Virus record (IMG/VR): IMGVR_UViG_3300030098_004828
Location: 181,647-245,646 of that record
Direction: 5' to 3' (one strand)
Length of the DNA: 64,000 nt
The stretch's first letter is position 1. Each line of letters starts with the position of its first letter. Below the pieces are notes generated by a model, which saw only the letters and a program-made list of their open reading frames with translations, was not told where the DNA came from and made no database searches. The translations under genes and the position numbers were made by a program. This document shows positions 9,407 through 24,900 of the stretch, piece by piece.

Positions 9407-12400
9407 ATGGCAACTTATATACCAGGCATTGAAACTTATGTTCCCCAAGTACAGGCTTTTACACCTGATTACAAGTTCTTGGAGAATATAATGAGCACAA
9501 GACAGGATAGATATACCAATAACTATAATCAATTGAATGAGTTATATGGTAAAGTTGTCTATGCGGATCTATCAAGAGAAGATAATCAAAACATAAGAGA
9601 TCAATATGCTAAAGAACTAACACCTAAGTTAGAGCAAATTAGTGGTTTAGATCTTTCACTTCAAGAAAATGTTAATTCAGCAGAAGCATTATTTAAACCT
9701 TTTTATGAAGATAAAGCTTTAGTAAGAGATATAATGTTTACTAAAGAGTTTAGAAAGCAAACAAATTATATGGATTCTTTACTTAATTCTCCAGATGAAA
9801 AAATACGTAAAAAGTATTGGGATTATGGAGCGAAGTGGATGAATTATCAAATGGAAGATTTTAAAAAAGCTGATAGAGATGCTACTTTAACTATGGGTAA
9901 TCCTGAATATGTAGAAAATGTTGACTTAGTAAGTAGAGGTATAGAAGCATTAAAAGAATATGGGATGAGTGTAGAAAGAACTACACCTCAAGGAGATTGG
10001 CTTATAACAAGAAAGAATGGTCAAGAATTAACAAGACAGCTCGTTGGATATCAAGAAGTTATAGGTGAGGATGGTAAAGTTAAAAAAGATAAAAAAGGAA
10101 AACCTATGATGGAACCTGTTTATGCTAATCCTGCTTATGATTTCTTAGAACAAACTCTTTTAGAAGATCCTGCTGTAGCAAAAGCTTATTATACAAAAGC
10201 TAGAGTTGATATGCGTGAATTTGCAACTGCTAATACAGATAAATATGGTAGTTATGAAGAAGCTCAAAAATATTGGGCTAATGATATTTTAGCAAAATTT
10301 AGAGGACAACAAGAAGAAAAATTAGTTGAAACAGAAACTCAACTAAAAGGAATGGATGCTAGTGTAAAAAGTTGGGAAGAATATAAAGAAAAAAATGGTA
10401 TAGTTCCAGGTACTGAAGAAGAAGAACAAATGTTAAAGAGAATTTTTGAGAGAGATATATTAAAACAATCTTTTGAAAAAAGACAAGATAATTTAAAAGA
10501 TAAAAGTGCTCCTGTAAGTACTACAGATCTTCTTTTAAATAAAGCTTTTGGTGCTCAAATGGCATATGAAATGGGTATGGATATGACACAAGCTGCTATT
10601 GCTTATAGTATGATTGACTATAAGGAAACAATGGAAGCTAATCCTTTTAAAGTTGATTGGTATCAGCATAAATATAGACAAGCTGAAATTGCTCATAGAC
10701 ATGCAAACAAAATGCGAGAAATAGAATTTAAAGCATTGGTTGATCCTGAAGGTGGTACTGGTGGAAATGGTGTTGATTTAGGATTTGGTGTTGATGGTTC
10801 TGGTGTTGAAGTTGTTACAAATATACAAGGAACTGAAGTAACTGATGAAAATTTTATTGATAGAAATAATACATCTATAAAAGAAGCTCAAAGTAAAATA
10901 ACCAGTCATGAATTAAACCATTTAGAATTTGCATATACTAATAGCACTCAATTAGAAGATGCAATGAGAGGAGATGGTCCTATTGGAACTGTATCTTATA
11001 AACGTGCTATATATGATACTAATGGAGATTTTACTGGAGAATATGAAAATGTAAATAAATCTTGGAATGAAGTAAGACATGATCTTTCATTGTATGAAAA
11101 TAGAGGTGAAAAAGAAAGACTTTCAAATTTGACAGAAACAATTATGTTAGGTACTATTCCAGCTGATGGAGAAGGAAATGCAGCTTTACCTAATGATTGG
11201 TCATTAATACAAGATCCAGATGCGCAAAAAGAATTTTTCTCTCAAAGACAACAACTTGAGTTAATGAAAAAACAATTTACATATGCTTATTCAGAAACTG
11301 TTGGAACATTAGCAGAAGCTTATTCATTAGTAAATTCTCAAAAACATAAGGATAAAGGAGGAATGCGAAATGCAAAAGGTTGGCAAGATGATTATGGTAT
11401 GCCTCCTATGGTTATGCCAGAAGATATGTATGATAGATTGCTTGACGGTGAACAATATAATAATATAAAGGGTGAGTATGATATGAATGCTATAGACCCA
11501 ACAGATCTTATTTATTTAAACAAAGAAGACTATATAGATTTAGGTGTTAGAATGTTATCTGGAGAAGAAATAACAAATCAAATTAATGCCATTGATATGT
11601 CAGGTATTAAAGAAGCTGATCTTCCACAATTTACTGCTAAAAAGAAACTAAATGTAAATCCTTTTGCTGTCTTATATAGATCTATTAAATATGGTGATGG
11701 TGGACATAAGCCTACATTACTAGGTAACTTCTGGGATTATTCTGGTGGTAGAGGAGTAGGACAATTCTTAAAGGGAGCAGGAATGACTGTTGCTGGTGGG
11801 TTATCTACTATTCCTACATTTGGAATGAGCACACCTTTATTAGCTTCAGGAGTAGAAAAAATGATTACTTCTGGTAAAGGAGACTGGTCATTTGATGAAG
11901 AAAAAGCAAGAAAATATTTTGATCAATATTATGATGTGCAAAAAGATATGATAAGTGAAGAGATAGGTAAACCAGGATCAAACTTAAGTGGGCCTACAGA
12001 TTTTAATTATTTATATAAAGGTGGAAATTATTTAGGTGGAGAAGGAGATGCTAAACAATGGAATAGTTATAGATTCCAATATGATCATTTAAATAACGGT
12101 AGTAAAGCAAGTAAAATTGCTATCAATGAAATGAAAAATATGATGCAAATTGTAAATGGTCATCCAGATACTTTTACAACTTTAATAGGTAATCAAGGAA
12201 ATCTACCACCTTGGTCTCAGTATGGAGATGGAATGAGTAAAGGAAAATATGATAGAAAAACAAGAAAAGGAAAACTTGATCAACAAGAAATGGATTTATC
12301 TATGCAGATATTAAGACAATATCTTAATGATGTACAACGTAGTGATAAAACTAAAACAGCACCAGCAGCTTCTATATTATATAGTCAATATATAAATGCT

Positions 12401-12913
12401 GATGGTGAAGATATAGGAAGTTATACAATTACTTTTGATGAAGACTATAGTGGTAAATTAGATAATATATTAGGTGATCCTAAAAAAGATGCTTTTGCAA
12501 AAGAGTTTAAAGAAACAAACTCAATAACACTTTACTTTGATAGATCAGTTGATAATAGTCCATATAAAGCATCTAACCAAACGTTCTCACCTATACAAGC
12601 AGATTTAGATACTACAGGAGAACCTTATACACAAAACTGGCCACAAGTGGGTAGCTATACTTTTTATAAAAATGGTAGTGGTGGATATAACGCTAGAGTA
12701 CAACCTGTTATATTTGATAGTAAAACAGGTAATAGAAAATTAGATGATCCATTTACTATAGCTGTAGATCCTAATGTAACTAGCTTTGAGAATTTAGCAA
12801 TGGAATTAGAAGCTTATTTATATGATTTAGCTAAACAAAATAATACTGATCAAAATGCTTTTAAATATAGTTTTGCTCAATGGCAAGCTTTAAATGAAAG
12901 AAATAGACAATAA
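9407..12913 (+). CDS. Large virion cargo/ejection protein (1168 aa)
   Basis: Long helical ORF. First of three consecutive giant genes, which is the crAss-like cargo/vRNAP arrangement. No catalytic motif recognised. Confidence 0.6.
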   Translation: MATYIPGIETYVPQVQAFTPDYKFLENIMSTRQDRYTNNYNQLNELYGKVVYADLSREDNQNIRDQYAKELTPKLEQISGLDLSLQENVNSAEALFKPFYEDKALVRDIMFTKEFRKQTNYMDSLLNSPDEKIRKKYWDYGAKWMNYQMEDFKKADRDATLTMGNPEYVENVDLVSRGIEALKEYGMSVERTTPQGDWLITRKNGQELTRQLVGYQEVIGEDGKVKKDKKGKPMMEPVYANPAYDFLEQTLLEDPAVAKAYYTKARVDMREFATANTDKYGSYEEAQKYWANDILAKFRGQQEEKLVETETQLKGMDASVKSWEEYKEKNGIVPGTEEEEQMLKRIFERDILKQSFEKRQDNLKDKSAPVSTTDLLLNKAFGAQMAYEMGMDMTQAAIAYSMIDYKETMEANPFKVDWYQHKYRQAEIAHRHANKMREIEFKALVDPEGGTGGNGVDLGFGVDGSGVEVVTNIQGTEVTDENFIDRNNTSIKEAQSKITSHELNHLEFAYTNSTQLEDAMRGDGPIGTVSYKRAIYDTNGDFTGEYENVNKSWNEVRHDLSLYENRGEKERLSNLTETIMLGTIPADGEGNAALPNDWSLIQDPDAQKEFFSQRQQLELMKKQFTYAYSETVGTLAEAYSLVNSQKHKDKGGMRNAKGWQDDYGMPPMVMPEDMYDRLLDGEQYNNIKGEYDMNAIDPTDLIYLNKEDYIDLGVRMLSGEEITNQINAIDMSGIKEADLPQFTAKKKLNVNPFAVLYRSIKYGDGGHKPTLLGNFWDYSGGRGVGQFLKGAGMTVAGGLSTIPTFGMSTPLLASGVEKMITSGKGDWSFDEEKARKYFDQYYDVQKDMISEEIGKPGSNLSGPTDFNYLYKGGNYLGGEGDAKQWNSYRFQYDHLNNGSKASKIAINEMKNMMQIVNGHPDTFTTLIGNQGNLPPWSQYGDGMSKGKYDRKTRKGKLDQQEMDLSMQILRQYLNDVQRSDKTKTAPAASILYSQYINADGEDIGSYTITFDEDYSGKLDNILGDPKKDAFAKEFKETNSITLYFDRSVDNSPYKASNQTFSPIQADLDTTGEPYTQNWPQVGSYTFYKNGSGGYNARVQPVIFDSKTGNRKLDDPFTIAVDPNVTSFENLAMELEAYLYDLAKQNNTDQNAFKYSFAQWQALNERNRQ

Positions 12914-12919
12914 AACAAC

Positions 12920-15900
12920 ATGGCAGAAAATCTTAACAATATTCCTACTGTAGAAGATTCAGGTAATTTAGGATCTGTTCCAACAGAAACAGCAAACATA
13001 GGACCTGGTCAAACTCCTATGTTTAATTTACCTAGTGCTTCTATTAACCCTGCAAATTTTGCACCTGATTATAAAACAGCTCTTGATCAAATAGACTTTT
13101 CTCCTTTAACAGAAAGAGCTTATGGTCCATCACCTGTTAATCCAGAAACTGCTAAATTAATTGAAATGGCAGCTATTCCTATAAATAGAATAGCATCACC
13201 TGCTTATAATAATATAAATTCCACTGCTCCTGGTAGAGCAACTGGAGGTTATAATCCTTATTCTCAACAAGGACAACTAGACTTAACAACTAAACAAGGC
13301 AGAAATGAACGTTTAGCTCAAGCATTTATGAATGCTTCTGATAGTACAGGAGCAGATACGACTCCTGGATATCAAGATCCTTTAGTATTTGGATCTAAGA
13401 AATTTAACTATGATAGAATGATGGCCCATCCTAATTCTGGTGAACTAGGTTTCCATCCTTTATATGATAATGAATCTTATTATAATAAAAATTCTACATG
13501 GTATGATGACAGTAGAAGAATGGGTAAACAGTGGCGTAGAATGTTTAGCAATGCTTTTATGAGCTCATATAGAAATATAGGAGATATGTTAAGTGGAAAT
13601 TGGAGTTGGAGTGACGATGAAGGTGCTGCTATAATGGAAGATGCAATGAGAATAGGTTCATCTACTAGAGGTGGCTTCACAGAATGGTTACATAATACCA
13701 CATTAAGCAGTGCTTATACTGCGGGTATTATGACTAATATAGGAGTAGAAATGGGTGTGTTAGCATTAGCTACAGCTGCAACTGGAGGTACAGCTGCACC
13801 TGCTACTGTTACTAAAGCTGCTCAATCATTATATTCAGGAGTAAGAGGTATATTTAATTCTGTTAAAAGTGTAAGTGCTATAAGTAATACTTTAAAAGCA
13901 TTTAGACTTCCTACAGTATCAAAAGATTTTTGGAATGCATTTAACGCAACAAAAGTTGCACAAGGTATAAGTACAGCTGGACAATACACTGCAAAGTTTT
14001 TAACACCTTCAACATTAAAAGCTTTTAAAGATCTTAGAACATCTGCAGCAGCATTAGATGATATGTCTCAACTTGCAAAAACTAGTAAAGTATTTGGTGC
14101 TTTTTATAATGATATGAGATACATAAATCTAGCTGTAGCAGAATCTAGATTAGAAGCAGGTTTAGTTGAGAATGAAACCTTTAGTAAATTATATCAAGAG
14201 TTTACTCATGCAAATGGAAGACCTCCCAATAAAGAAGAATTAGCATTAATGAGACAGCAGTCTATAAGAGCTGCAAAAACAACCTTTATGTTTAATGCTC
14301 CTATAATATATCTTACAAATAAAGTTACTATAGAAAAATGGATGGGTAAAATTAAGAGTTTATCTGGAATGGTAAACATGAAAGGTATGGCAGCTAGATT
14401 TGTTAAAAGTCCAGGGAAATTTGGTAAAGATGTTTACAAAGGATTTGGCAGCATGAGAGAAATGATTATGGCTGGAGGATTAAGACATAATGCTAAATAT
14501 ATTGGTGGTGCTGCACTTAGATATGCAGCAGATGGTGTTAACGAAGGTTTACAAGAAGTCTATCAAGAAACTGTTTCAGCAGCTGCAACACATTACTATG
14601 CAGGTTTGTATCAACAACCTATAGCAGCAGGATATGATATTTTTGAGGTGGCAATGACAAAAGATTCTTCAGATAAAGCTATGCAAGCAGTTAGACATGG
14701 TTTAGCACACGGTCCATCTTGGGGAGTTTTTGCTTCTGGTTTCTTTACAGGTATGCTTGTAGCACCATATAGTAAAGTGATGTTCCAAGGAATTCCTAAT
14801 CTATTCCAAATGGCAACTAATAATGAACAATACCAGAAAGATAAAAAAACAAGAGAAGATTGGATAAAGCAGACAGAAAAAGAATTAAATAAAATGGCTG
14901 AGGATCCAAAGTTTTTCTTTGATCCAAAAAAATTAAATGTAATTGCACAAAAGCAACTTGATGATGAATATTGGAACTTTGGTATTCAAGGTGATATATT
15001 AAATTTTATAGATACTAAGGAACACAGTATGTTCCAACATATATATACAGCACTTCAATTAGGTAATCTTAATGAATTTAGAGATTATATAAATGATATA
15101 TTACAATTAGATGATCAAGCTTTAGAAGAAGCTTTCATGGATAAAAATACAGGTAAGGTTAAAGATGGTTATACAGCAGAACAATTAAGAAAACATTTTG
15201 ATGGTTTAAATGAAAAGTTAGATGTTATTGAAGATAACTATAATAATTTTGATATTGACAATCCTTTTGATAGAAATAAATATGAAGAAGGAACTAGAGA
15301 TTATTATGAAGAGCAAATAAGAGAGTATGCTTTTAATCATGCAAAAATGCAAATGATTTTTAATAGTAATGCAATGAATGATGCTGCTTCAAGAAAAGAA
15401 TCTATAGAAGCTGCTATTACGGCAATTACTGGAATGAGTGATCTTATCATAGATGACTTAATGATTCTTACTAGTAGAAGAGATATATTTCAAGAAATAA
15501 ATAATCTTAATAGAGATATAGAATCTTTAAAATATTCTAAAACTCCAGACGATAAAAAAGAATTAGCAAAGTTAAAGAAAAAGAAAAAATTACTTGAAGA
15601 TTTTTATGAAGTATTAGGAGATCCAGAGAATCAACATAAAAGTTCAAAAGAATATAGAAATGATAAAAGAATAAAGCAACAAGGAACACCTTATAAAAAG
15701 AGACATCATAAAATAAAAGAAAGACTTAAAGAAATGGTTGAAGAAAAAAGTCTTCCTGATTCAATTGATGATCCTAAATATGGAGAAAAAGATACTAAAG
15801 ATTCTATTGCAAAAATTACATCACAAGATAGAGATATAACATATATTTATAATCTACATAAAGATGGTTCTATTTCTTATACTGCAAAAGTAAAAAATGA

Positions 15901-18900
15901 TATACTTGATAAAGAATTTAAATCAGAAAAACAACTTGAAAGTTATATAAAGAAAAAAGAAAAAACTGTATATGAAACTGTTATAGATAAGAAAACAGGT
16001 AAACCTAAAAAGGTAGGAACATATAAAACTTATGTTCAGGAGGTGATGCTTAAATATAAAAGAGATGCAAAGTCAATGAAAAAATTGATGAAAGTATTCA
16101 CTCCTTATGTAGAGTTCCTTGTTAAAGAATCTGGTGGAAAACCTATTAATGCAGATCAAATGAAAAATGTTTTAAGTATGATTGTAGATTATGGTCATCT
16201 TAATTTTAGAATATCTGATATGTATAAAGCCAATCAAATTCTTAGTGATCCAGCTTCTCTTAAAAGATATTCAGAAAGAATTTCTATACCAATGATAAGA
16301 CTTTGGAAGAGACACAAAAGAAATCAAGGTAGAAGAGTTAGAAAGTTTGTTGATAAAGAAATACGTAAACAGTATTTAAAAACATTAGCTAAGGCTGGTA
16401 TATTTGTAGATCCAAAACAAGTTAAACATTTCTTATCAGTTGAAAACTTAACACAAGCAGATATACCAACTACATTTTTAACAGATACTGGTGAAATGCT
16501 TTATGATCCTGTATTTGGACATACAAACCAAAAGCAATATGAAATAATGGTGCAAGCTAGACAAGTTCTTATTGATGAATTAATTGCACCTAAAGAAGAA
16601 AAAAAGGATGATGGAGATGGTGTAGATACTAAAACAATAGATGATGGATCTACTGCTGAAGATGCATTAAATGAAGATCTAACAGATGATCCCCAAGAGA
16701 AAGAAGAAATAAAAAGAATAAAGGATGAGCTTAATGAGTTTAAATCTGAAGATGAAGATACTATAGCAATACTTACAAGAGAATATGAAAAATATAGAAA
16801 AGCAGCAATAGCATTAAATATGCCTATATTATCTCAAGCTCAATGGTTACAACAAAAGGGTGGAGGTAGAGCAATATTACAAGCAAGATATCAAGCGTAT
16901 AGTGTATATAACGAAGATGAAGATAAAGACCAGTATGAAACTTTTAATGACTGGTTAAGAGCAAATGTTAGATCAGATAAAATTCAAAATATAGTAGAGA
17001 AATTTGGTCTTGCACCTTATGCAATAATGATAGAAGATGTAACTTCTAGTAAAAAATTAAAAGATGGGGTTTTATTACAAGGTGAGGTAGATGCAAGTCA
17101 AGGTAAATATGCAGATTATGACATGTTTATTATTAAAACACCAGGTGCATTTGTAGATGGCAAACAACAATTTATATATAGAATAGTAAATAGTAAAGGT
17201 AAGAATGTATATGATGAAGGTACATATAATAATTTAAACTTACCTCAAGAAATATTTGATAATGGATATCTTACATTAGGAGAAGCAAACAATGCCATTA
17301 AAGAAATATTAAAAGCAATTCCAGAAAATACTACTTTTAATTTTGAAGGTCAAACTTTTAAAAAGGGAGATAGAGTATCTTATAAAGGTAAGAACTATGT
17401 TGTGTTAAATGATGCTGCAGACTTTACATCCAGAGGAAAGCTTATGGTTAGAGATGAATTATTTCCTGAAGCAGAGCCTATTACAATAGCTCCTGGTGAA
17501 TTTACAGGTTGGAAAAAAGAAGAAACGTCTAATCAATATTTTAAAGAGGCAATAGTTGTAGGTGAAAATGTTCAACGTTTATCTCATGGTAAAGGTATGA
17601 CTTTTGGTAAACCTATGAATCATGAATTAAATAAAAATTCAGAAATAAAAAATGAGAAAGATCTTCAAACCGTATTAAAAAATATGGATCCTGAACGAAG
17701 AAAGAAATTAAGAATTCAAATTACAAGAGCTAAACAACCTAATAAAAAACATGGTGAATCAGTTAATATGAACCATGGAGAAATAAATCCTGTAATTAAA
17801 AAAGGTAGTAAAAGATTTAATGTTTTATTAATTGATCCAGATTCAGGAGATGTTATAGGAAGATTAGATGGTCTAGATAATTTTATATTTATAGATAAAA
17901 AAACTGGCAAGTCTATTACACCATTAGAAATGACATTAGATAATGTCTTTGATTATTTTAGAAACTTTAAAAGTAAAACTGCTAAACAACAGTTAAAAGA
18001 AATAAAAGAAAACTATGCACAGTTAACTTTAATAGAAGAATTGTTTGATGAGCTTTTAGATGAAACCGGAACAGATAAAGTAACAATAGGATTAGACTCT
18101 CTTAAAAAAGGTAAGATAAATAAAAGTCTAAATATAAGTGCTACAGATAAAGGTAAAGAACTAACAGAAAAACTTAAAGATGTATTTGTACATGTAACTC
18201 CTGGTAGTAAAATATTCACTGAAAGAGGTAAAAAGGATCATGAAACTCCAATAAAAGAACTTAAATATAAATATATAAACCAAAATGGTAATATGTTTAT
18301 ATTAGATACATCTAATTTAGGATCTGATATTTCAGATTTAGAGTATAGTAATCAATTAGCTATACGTGAAGCAATAGATAGACAGGGTCTTGGTGGACTT
18401 ACTGGTAGATATATTCTTGCAGTAAGAACTCCAAACAATATGTATAAAGGTGGTTATTTTCATTTAGTTGAATTAAGAACCACATCAATGTCACAAGAAG
18501 ACACACAATTATTATTTAATGATATAATGTCTCAACAAAAGTTGACAGTATCTACAAATATAAATAAAAGAGGAAAAGTATTACAAGATAAAAAGAAAGG
18601 TTTAGGATTTAAATTTAATGAAGCTTTTAATATTGATGTTCAAAATAAAATGTATATAGCAATGCCTCATGGGCATAATGTTAATATTATATTACAACCA
18701 TCAGGAGATATAACATTTAAATTTTCACAAACACGAGATGCTGGTGGTCAGACTTTTAAAGTAAACTTAAATAGAAAAACAATTACAGACGCTAAGTTAG
18801 AATCTATGCAAGATCTTCTTGACTTGGCAAGTAGTGGTTTAAGAGAAATATTTCAAAATGAATTAAATAATAATCCTCAATTTATTATTCCATTAGGTTT

Positions 18901-21900
18901 TGGTGTTGAATTACAAGCTTCTAAATTAGGTGGAACACCTAGAAATTTAAATGTAAGTCAAATAAGAAATACAATAAAAGCAGATCCTACTTTAACAGAA
19001 TTAGAAGCTGATGGTATAGTTGCTATAGCACCTAAAGATGTTACAGGAAATGTCTTTGCACAATTAAGATATAATAATACTGAAGAAGTTAATAATTTAA
19101 TAGCTAGTAAAAATAATAAAACTCAAATTGAAAAAGATAGAGCTAACCCTAGTGAAATTAAAAATGATTTATTCACTTTTGAAAGATATCAAAAAGCAGG
19201 TTGGCATCATTATCCAGAAGCAGCTTTAAAAGCATTAGCAATTAAAATGCTTACTGATGAAAATCTTTTAACTGAAGATGAAAAAAAGATTATTGCTGCT
19301 ACAAAATTAGAAGAAAAATTAAAGACAGGTGAAATAGAAGTTAATGTTGAAACTAATACAGAAGGAGGAGTAGGTATTGTAGGAGATGAGACTCAAGAAG
19401 AGTTAATGCAAAAGAAAGAGAGAATAGAAGAAAAAATAAAAGAAGCTGAACAACAAGCAGAAGATAAAATATGGGATGAAATTGAAGGAGCTAATCCAAA
19501 CTTATCACAAGAAGATAAAAATGATTTGTTTGATAAGGCAATGGAAGAATGGGAAAAGAGTCCTGATGAAGGTTATGTAAGTTTACAAAATCAGAAAAAA
19601 GAAATAGATTCAAAAATAAAAGCTGGTAAAATTATTAGACATGATAATTATGATGGCAATGATATAGTTGATCTTGATGAATTTATAGCTTGGTTAAAAG
19701 AAAATTTACCTGGGTTTATTTCAGTGGAAGCTATAGAGCAATTAGGTATAAACTTAGCAACAAACGGTGTAACAGTTGGTACCTTTGCTATGACTTTAAA
19801 GAATATAGCTGGTAAAATAAATGTTGAAGGTAAAATTTATACTGGTGCAAATTCTCCATTTAAATATCATGAAGCATTTCATGCTGTATATAGAATGCTA
19901 TTAACTCAAGAAGAGCAAAAAAGATTACAGGGTTTAGCAGAAAAAGAAGTTAATAAAAAATTAAATTCTAAAAGCGGTTATAGGTATCAAGGAAAAACAT
20001 ATAAATCATTAGATACATTATTAAAAGATTTTAGAAAAGAAAGCATATTATATACACAATTGTCAAAATCAGAATTAAAGAAAAGACTTTATGAAGAATA
20101 TATGGCAGATGAGTTTGATAAATTTAAAGTTAATCCTAGAAATTCAAAAACAAATTCTGAAATTAAAAATTTCTTTACTAGGTTAATAGAATTTATTAAA
20201 TCTATATTTAGAAACTTTTCTGGAAATGATCTAAGATCATTCTATGAAAAAATTGATTCTGGTAAATTTAAAAATACAACATTACAAGATAATGAATTTA
20301 CTAGACCAGGTCAAGAAGTTAATCCTGCTCAAGAGATTACACAATATGCAACTAAGATAGTTATAGGACAACAAACAATTAAGAAATCAGTTTTAAATAG
20401 AGAGACTAACAAAAATGAAATAAAGCCTGTTAATGAAAATATTTACATGCCTGCTGATGAAGAAATTCAGTTAAGAAATAATATAGCAGCATTATTTCTT
20501 AAAAGAATGGCAAATAATGCTGAATTAAATAAAGCAGCTTTATTACAGAAAACTGTTCAAGATTATATAAACATATACAATCCTAAGTTATCAAGACATA
20601 AAAAAAGTGCTGACTATAGAAATTTAAGAAGAACATTAAAAGCAAAATTAGATGGTTTAAAAAATGCTGAATCTGATATAATATTATCAGTTAAAAACTA
20701 TTTAAATTTATTTGATGTAAATATAGATCTTGCAAATGTTAGTGATAAAGATATTCAAGATCTTGAAGGATTTACACCAGGTGGTGCTAAAGCATGGGAA
20801 GCATCAGCTAATAAACAAGGTGGTTTAAGAAAACTTTCTAGAGATATAAGAATATTTATTGGTTCAACATCAATGCCAGCAAGTGAAGCATTGCTTGAAG
20901 ATCAACTATATGGTATTACAGGTGTACCAACTATAGATAAAGAAACAGGAAAATTAGTTGAAAGTGATATAGAAGAATTAGTTGTTAGTGTAGATGCAGC
21001 AACAGTATATAACGGTATGTTAAAATCTGCAGGTAACTCTTCAACTCAATTAGAAGTGTTACAAAAAATGATAATGTTTGGTAAAAATAATCCACAAACT
21101 GGAGCTGTAGTAGACAACTTAATGAATAAGGCTGGTATTCAAGTTAGAGATTATGATAGAATATTAATGTTAGATAGCAGTGAACCAGTTGGTGCAATTG
21201 GTCCAGTTTCAGATCCTGTATTTTTAAATGCTGTTATAAAACAAATGACACAATTTACTTCTGATTATTTAAGAATAGAAGAAAACACTAATCCAGAAAC
21301 AGGCGCAGGTGTTGTTAGTATTTATGCTGCTAATCATGCAGATGATATTTCTGCTCAATTAGATAGATGGAGAAAAAGATTTTTTACAATAAAGACATAC
21401 CGTTGGGAACATCAAAAGAAAGCAAAAAGAAGTAGAGAAGCAGCAGCAGGATTTGCAAATTTTATAAGTATTATTAATGCTGGAAAAGCTCTTAATGAAC
21501 AACAGTTAGAAGATAAAGCAAGTGAGATATCTAAAAACCTTAGAAATCTTACAGGTATTGATTTGAGTGTAGGGTTTATTAAATATTCTATATTGCATGA
21601 ATTAAATAATAAAGGTGTTCAATTAGAACCTTTACAAGAAAATTTCTTAAATAGAAATTCAGATTCTTATGCAATGACATTAAATGATGCAAATAAACTT
21701 GCAGGATTACTTCAAAATAATATTGATATATTAAGTAGATCTAAAGAAAAGTTTAGTAAAGAAACAGATGATAGAGTTAAAAAAGAAAAAGTTGATCATA
21801 GAAAAGATGGAGCAGAAGGTTCTCTTAGAGATATGGCTAGAGGAAATGCTGTATTTGATGAAAATGTAGGTAACACTGTGTTTACAGATGAAAAAGGTGA

Positions 21901-24900
21901 TCTTATATATTCTCATCAATTACCTACTTATCATTTAACTAAGGTTGCAGAAATTAATAAAAAAGATATTGAAGGTTTAGATGAATTAAGATTAGGAGAT
22001 GGATATTTAAATGCTAACTATCTACTAAACCATCCTGCGTTTCAACAACTTGTTAAAGAAAATAAATTTAGAATTGGTAGAGTAAGTGGAAAAACAAAAG
22101 CTTGGAATGTAATAGATCCAGATACAAAAACTAAAATTGCTACATCACAATCTGAAGGTATACCTTATTCAGAATTTGGAGATGCTGATTTTTTAACATC
22201 ATTAATAAATTTAAAATTAGCTGGGTTTGATTCACGTAATAATAAACTATTTAAAAAAGATGTAATAAAAGAAGATGGAACACCATATGTTTTAGCTCCT
22301 GTATTTATTCGTGTAATAGCAGATGCTTCTACAGGAGACTTTACTTATCTTCCAGTTTTACAAAGTGTTAAATTTAATGAAAGAGGGTCAATAGAATTTA
22401 CTGATGAGTTTTTAGATTCTATGGAAGATCTTATTGAAAATGAATATAATAGAATCTTACAGAATGCTGAAAAACTTTTAGGTAGTAATGAAAATGTAGA
22501 TACGTTCCTTAGAAAAACAATAGGTACAGGTGAGATTGTAGGATTTAATGAAGCTGTTTCAAAAGATGATATAAGTGATAATCCTGAACAAGATAGAGCA
22601 TTTAAAATAACAAACAATGCTCAATTGATTACAGCAATGATAGCTGAAGGAATGACTTTAAAAGAATCTATAGCTACACTTGCATTAAGAAAAGCAGAAC
22701 AAACTATGAATCTTCCTGAGTTTGTTATGGATACAACATTAGAAAATCCAGATGGTAGTAAAAGACTTGGTGAAACAGAAATTAAAACTACTCCGGTAAT
22801 AGATAAGAAAACAAAAAAGAAAACACAAAAGGTAGAACAAACAATAAAGTTAAATGAGTTTACATTAGATGAATTCTATGATCAATTCTTTGATACTAAA
22901 AATCTTGCTGCTAAAGCAACTGTTCAAAGATTAAAAGAAAACATTGAAAAGAGAGATGGAAAAAAAGTAAAAAAAGAATATGTAATTGATAGAATAAAAA
23001 AACTTATACCAGACCTACAAAGTGCTCAAGCTTTTGTTTTATTACATGAACAATTTCATATAGATGAAAATCATTATAAAGATATAGAAGGTAAAGAAAC
23101 ACTTACTGAAGAAATGGAGGTTTCTGCAAACATGTATGCTCTTGAAGAGTTACAAAATAGATCTAAAGCTAAAAAGCAAACAACTGAATCACCTAATATA
23201 TTACCAAAGGGAATATATAAACCTAATACAGAAGTTAAAAAGATATTAGAGGATAATGCTTTAGATAATAAATCTTTTGATGAAGTAAGAAAAATTCTTG
23301 AAGATGCTGGTATCCCTTTAAGAGATGTTATAGCAAGTAGATTAAATTTTGAATTTGATAGATTTATAACAAGGTTAATAGATCTAAACATAATTGAAAT
23401 AAAAAAGAATGGTGACTATGTATTAAATGGTCTTGATCCAGCATTTTTAAATGGGTTTACAAATGATAAAGGTCAAAACTTAAATGAAATAAATGAAGAA
23501 TTTCACTTTCAACCTGGAGAATTACTATTTAATTTAAGACAAATATTCTTTGATGATTATAGGAATACAAAATCAATTAATGAAATATTTTTTGGTGATC
23601 AAGCTCAAGTGTATAAGAATGTAATTGAGGCTATTAAAAGAGCAAAAGGTTCTAATGCTTCAGGTATGAATGTTGAGTTTGGTTTCAAATGGGAAGTAAG
23701 TGATACATTAACTATTAGACCTTCATATCAAATAGCAGCATTTACACATAAAGATGTTGAATTATCTAAACAATATTCAGAGGGTCAACAAGAGGTGCAA
23801 GATGCATTAGTAACAATGTCAATACAAGGATTTGCACATTGGAGAGCTGGTCTTGGTTATTTAAAACCAGCTCAAGCTAAATTAATAGACGATTTAATGC
23901 AAGGTAAGCATGTTACTGTTGAAAGACTTTTAGGAAATGGAATAGATACTACAGGTTTAATGCATGAAGGACTTGGTATTAATTCTAAAAAAATGGTATA
24001 TGATGATGGAAAGTCATATATAAAAATGTCTGTAAGAGTGTTAACACCAGACTTTACAACAGATCTAGATACAAAAGAACCATTACCAGGAATGGAAAAA
24101 CTTCATCATTTAAGAGAAAAGATAGAAGCTAAAGAAGAAGAATTATTAGATAAAAATAAAGCATTAGGATTTGATCATTTTGTACCAGTAATAGCTGTAC
24201 CAGAATCTGCTTCTAAAAAGTTTAAACAAAATTTAGCTGAAGCAGAAAGTGCATATGATGAAACTACTATTCTTGATAGAAATATAGTAATGCTGGATAG
24301 CAAGTTTATGAAAGAACAACAAGTAGTTCCTAGTAATAAGATTGAAATTGTAGATCCAAGACAAATTATAAATCTATTAATGAATGAACAATATGATGAT
24401 AGTGTAACAGTAACAATACGTGGAGAAAAATATTCAGTTGCTGATCTTAAAAGATTGTTTAATACAAATGTAGGTCTTAGACGTGAACTTGATTTTACAA
24501 ATAAAAGAAATACAATATTAACATTCAATGATGTTAATGTAGATAATCATGTATATAATAGATTGTTTACAGATCATTTGGATAAAATAAAAAGAGGTGA
24601 AGTTACAATAGATCTAGCTGCGTTTAGAAAGTTTGCATTAAATAGTTTAATGGCTGGTAAAAGTAAAGCTCAGTTGTTAGAATTTTTTGAATCAGATAAT
24701 TATAATCTAAACAATCCTTTTACTAACCCAAAGTTTGAGGAATTATATTTTTCATTTTGGAAAGATGGATTTACAACTAAACAACCAGGTTATTCATTAA
24801 CACTTGTATCAGATGTAGGTTATAAAGTTGTAAAGAAAGTTATTGAAGTTGATAAAGAAACAGGAGAACCTACAAGATGGGAGGTTATACCAAAACAAAC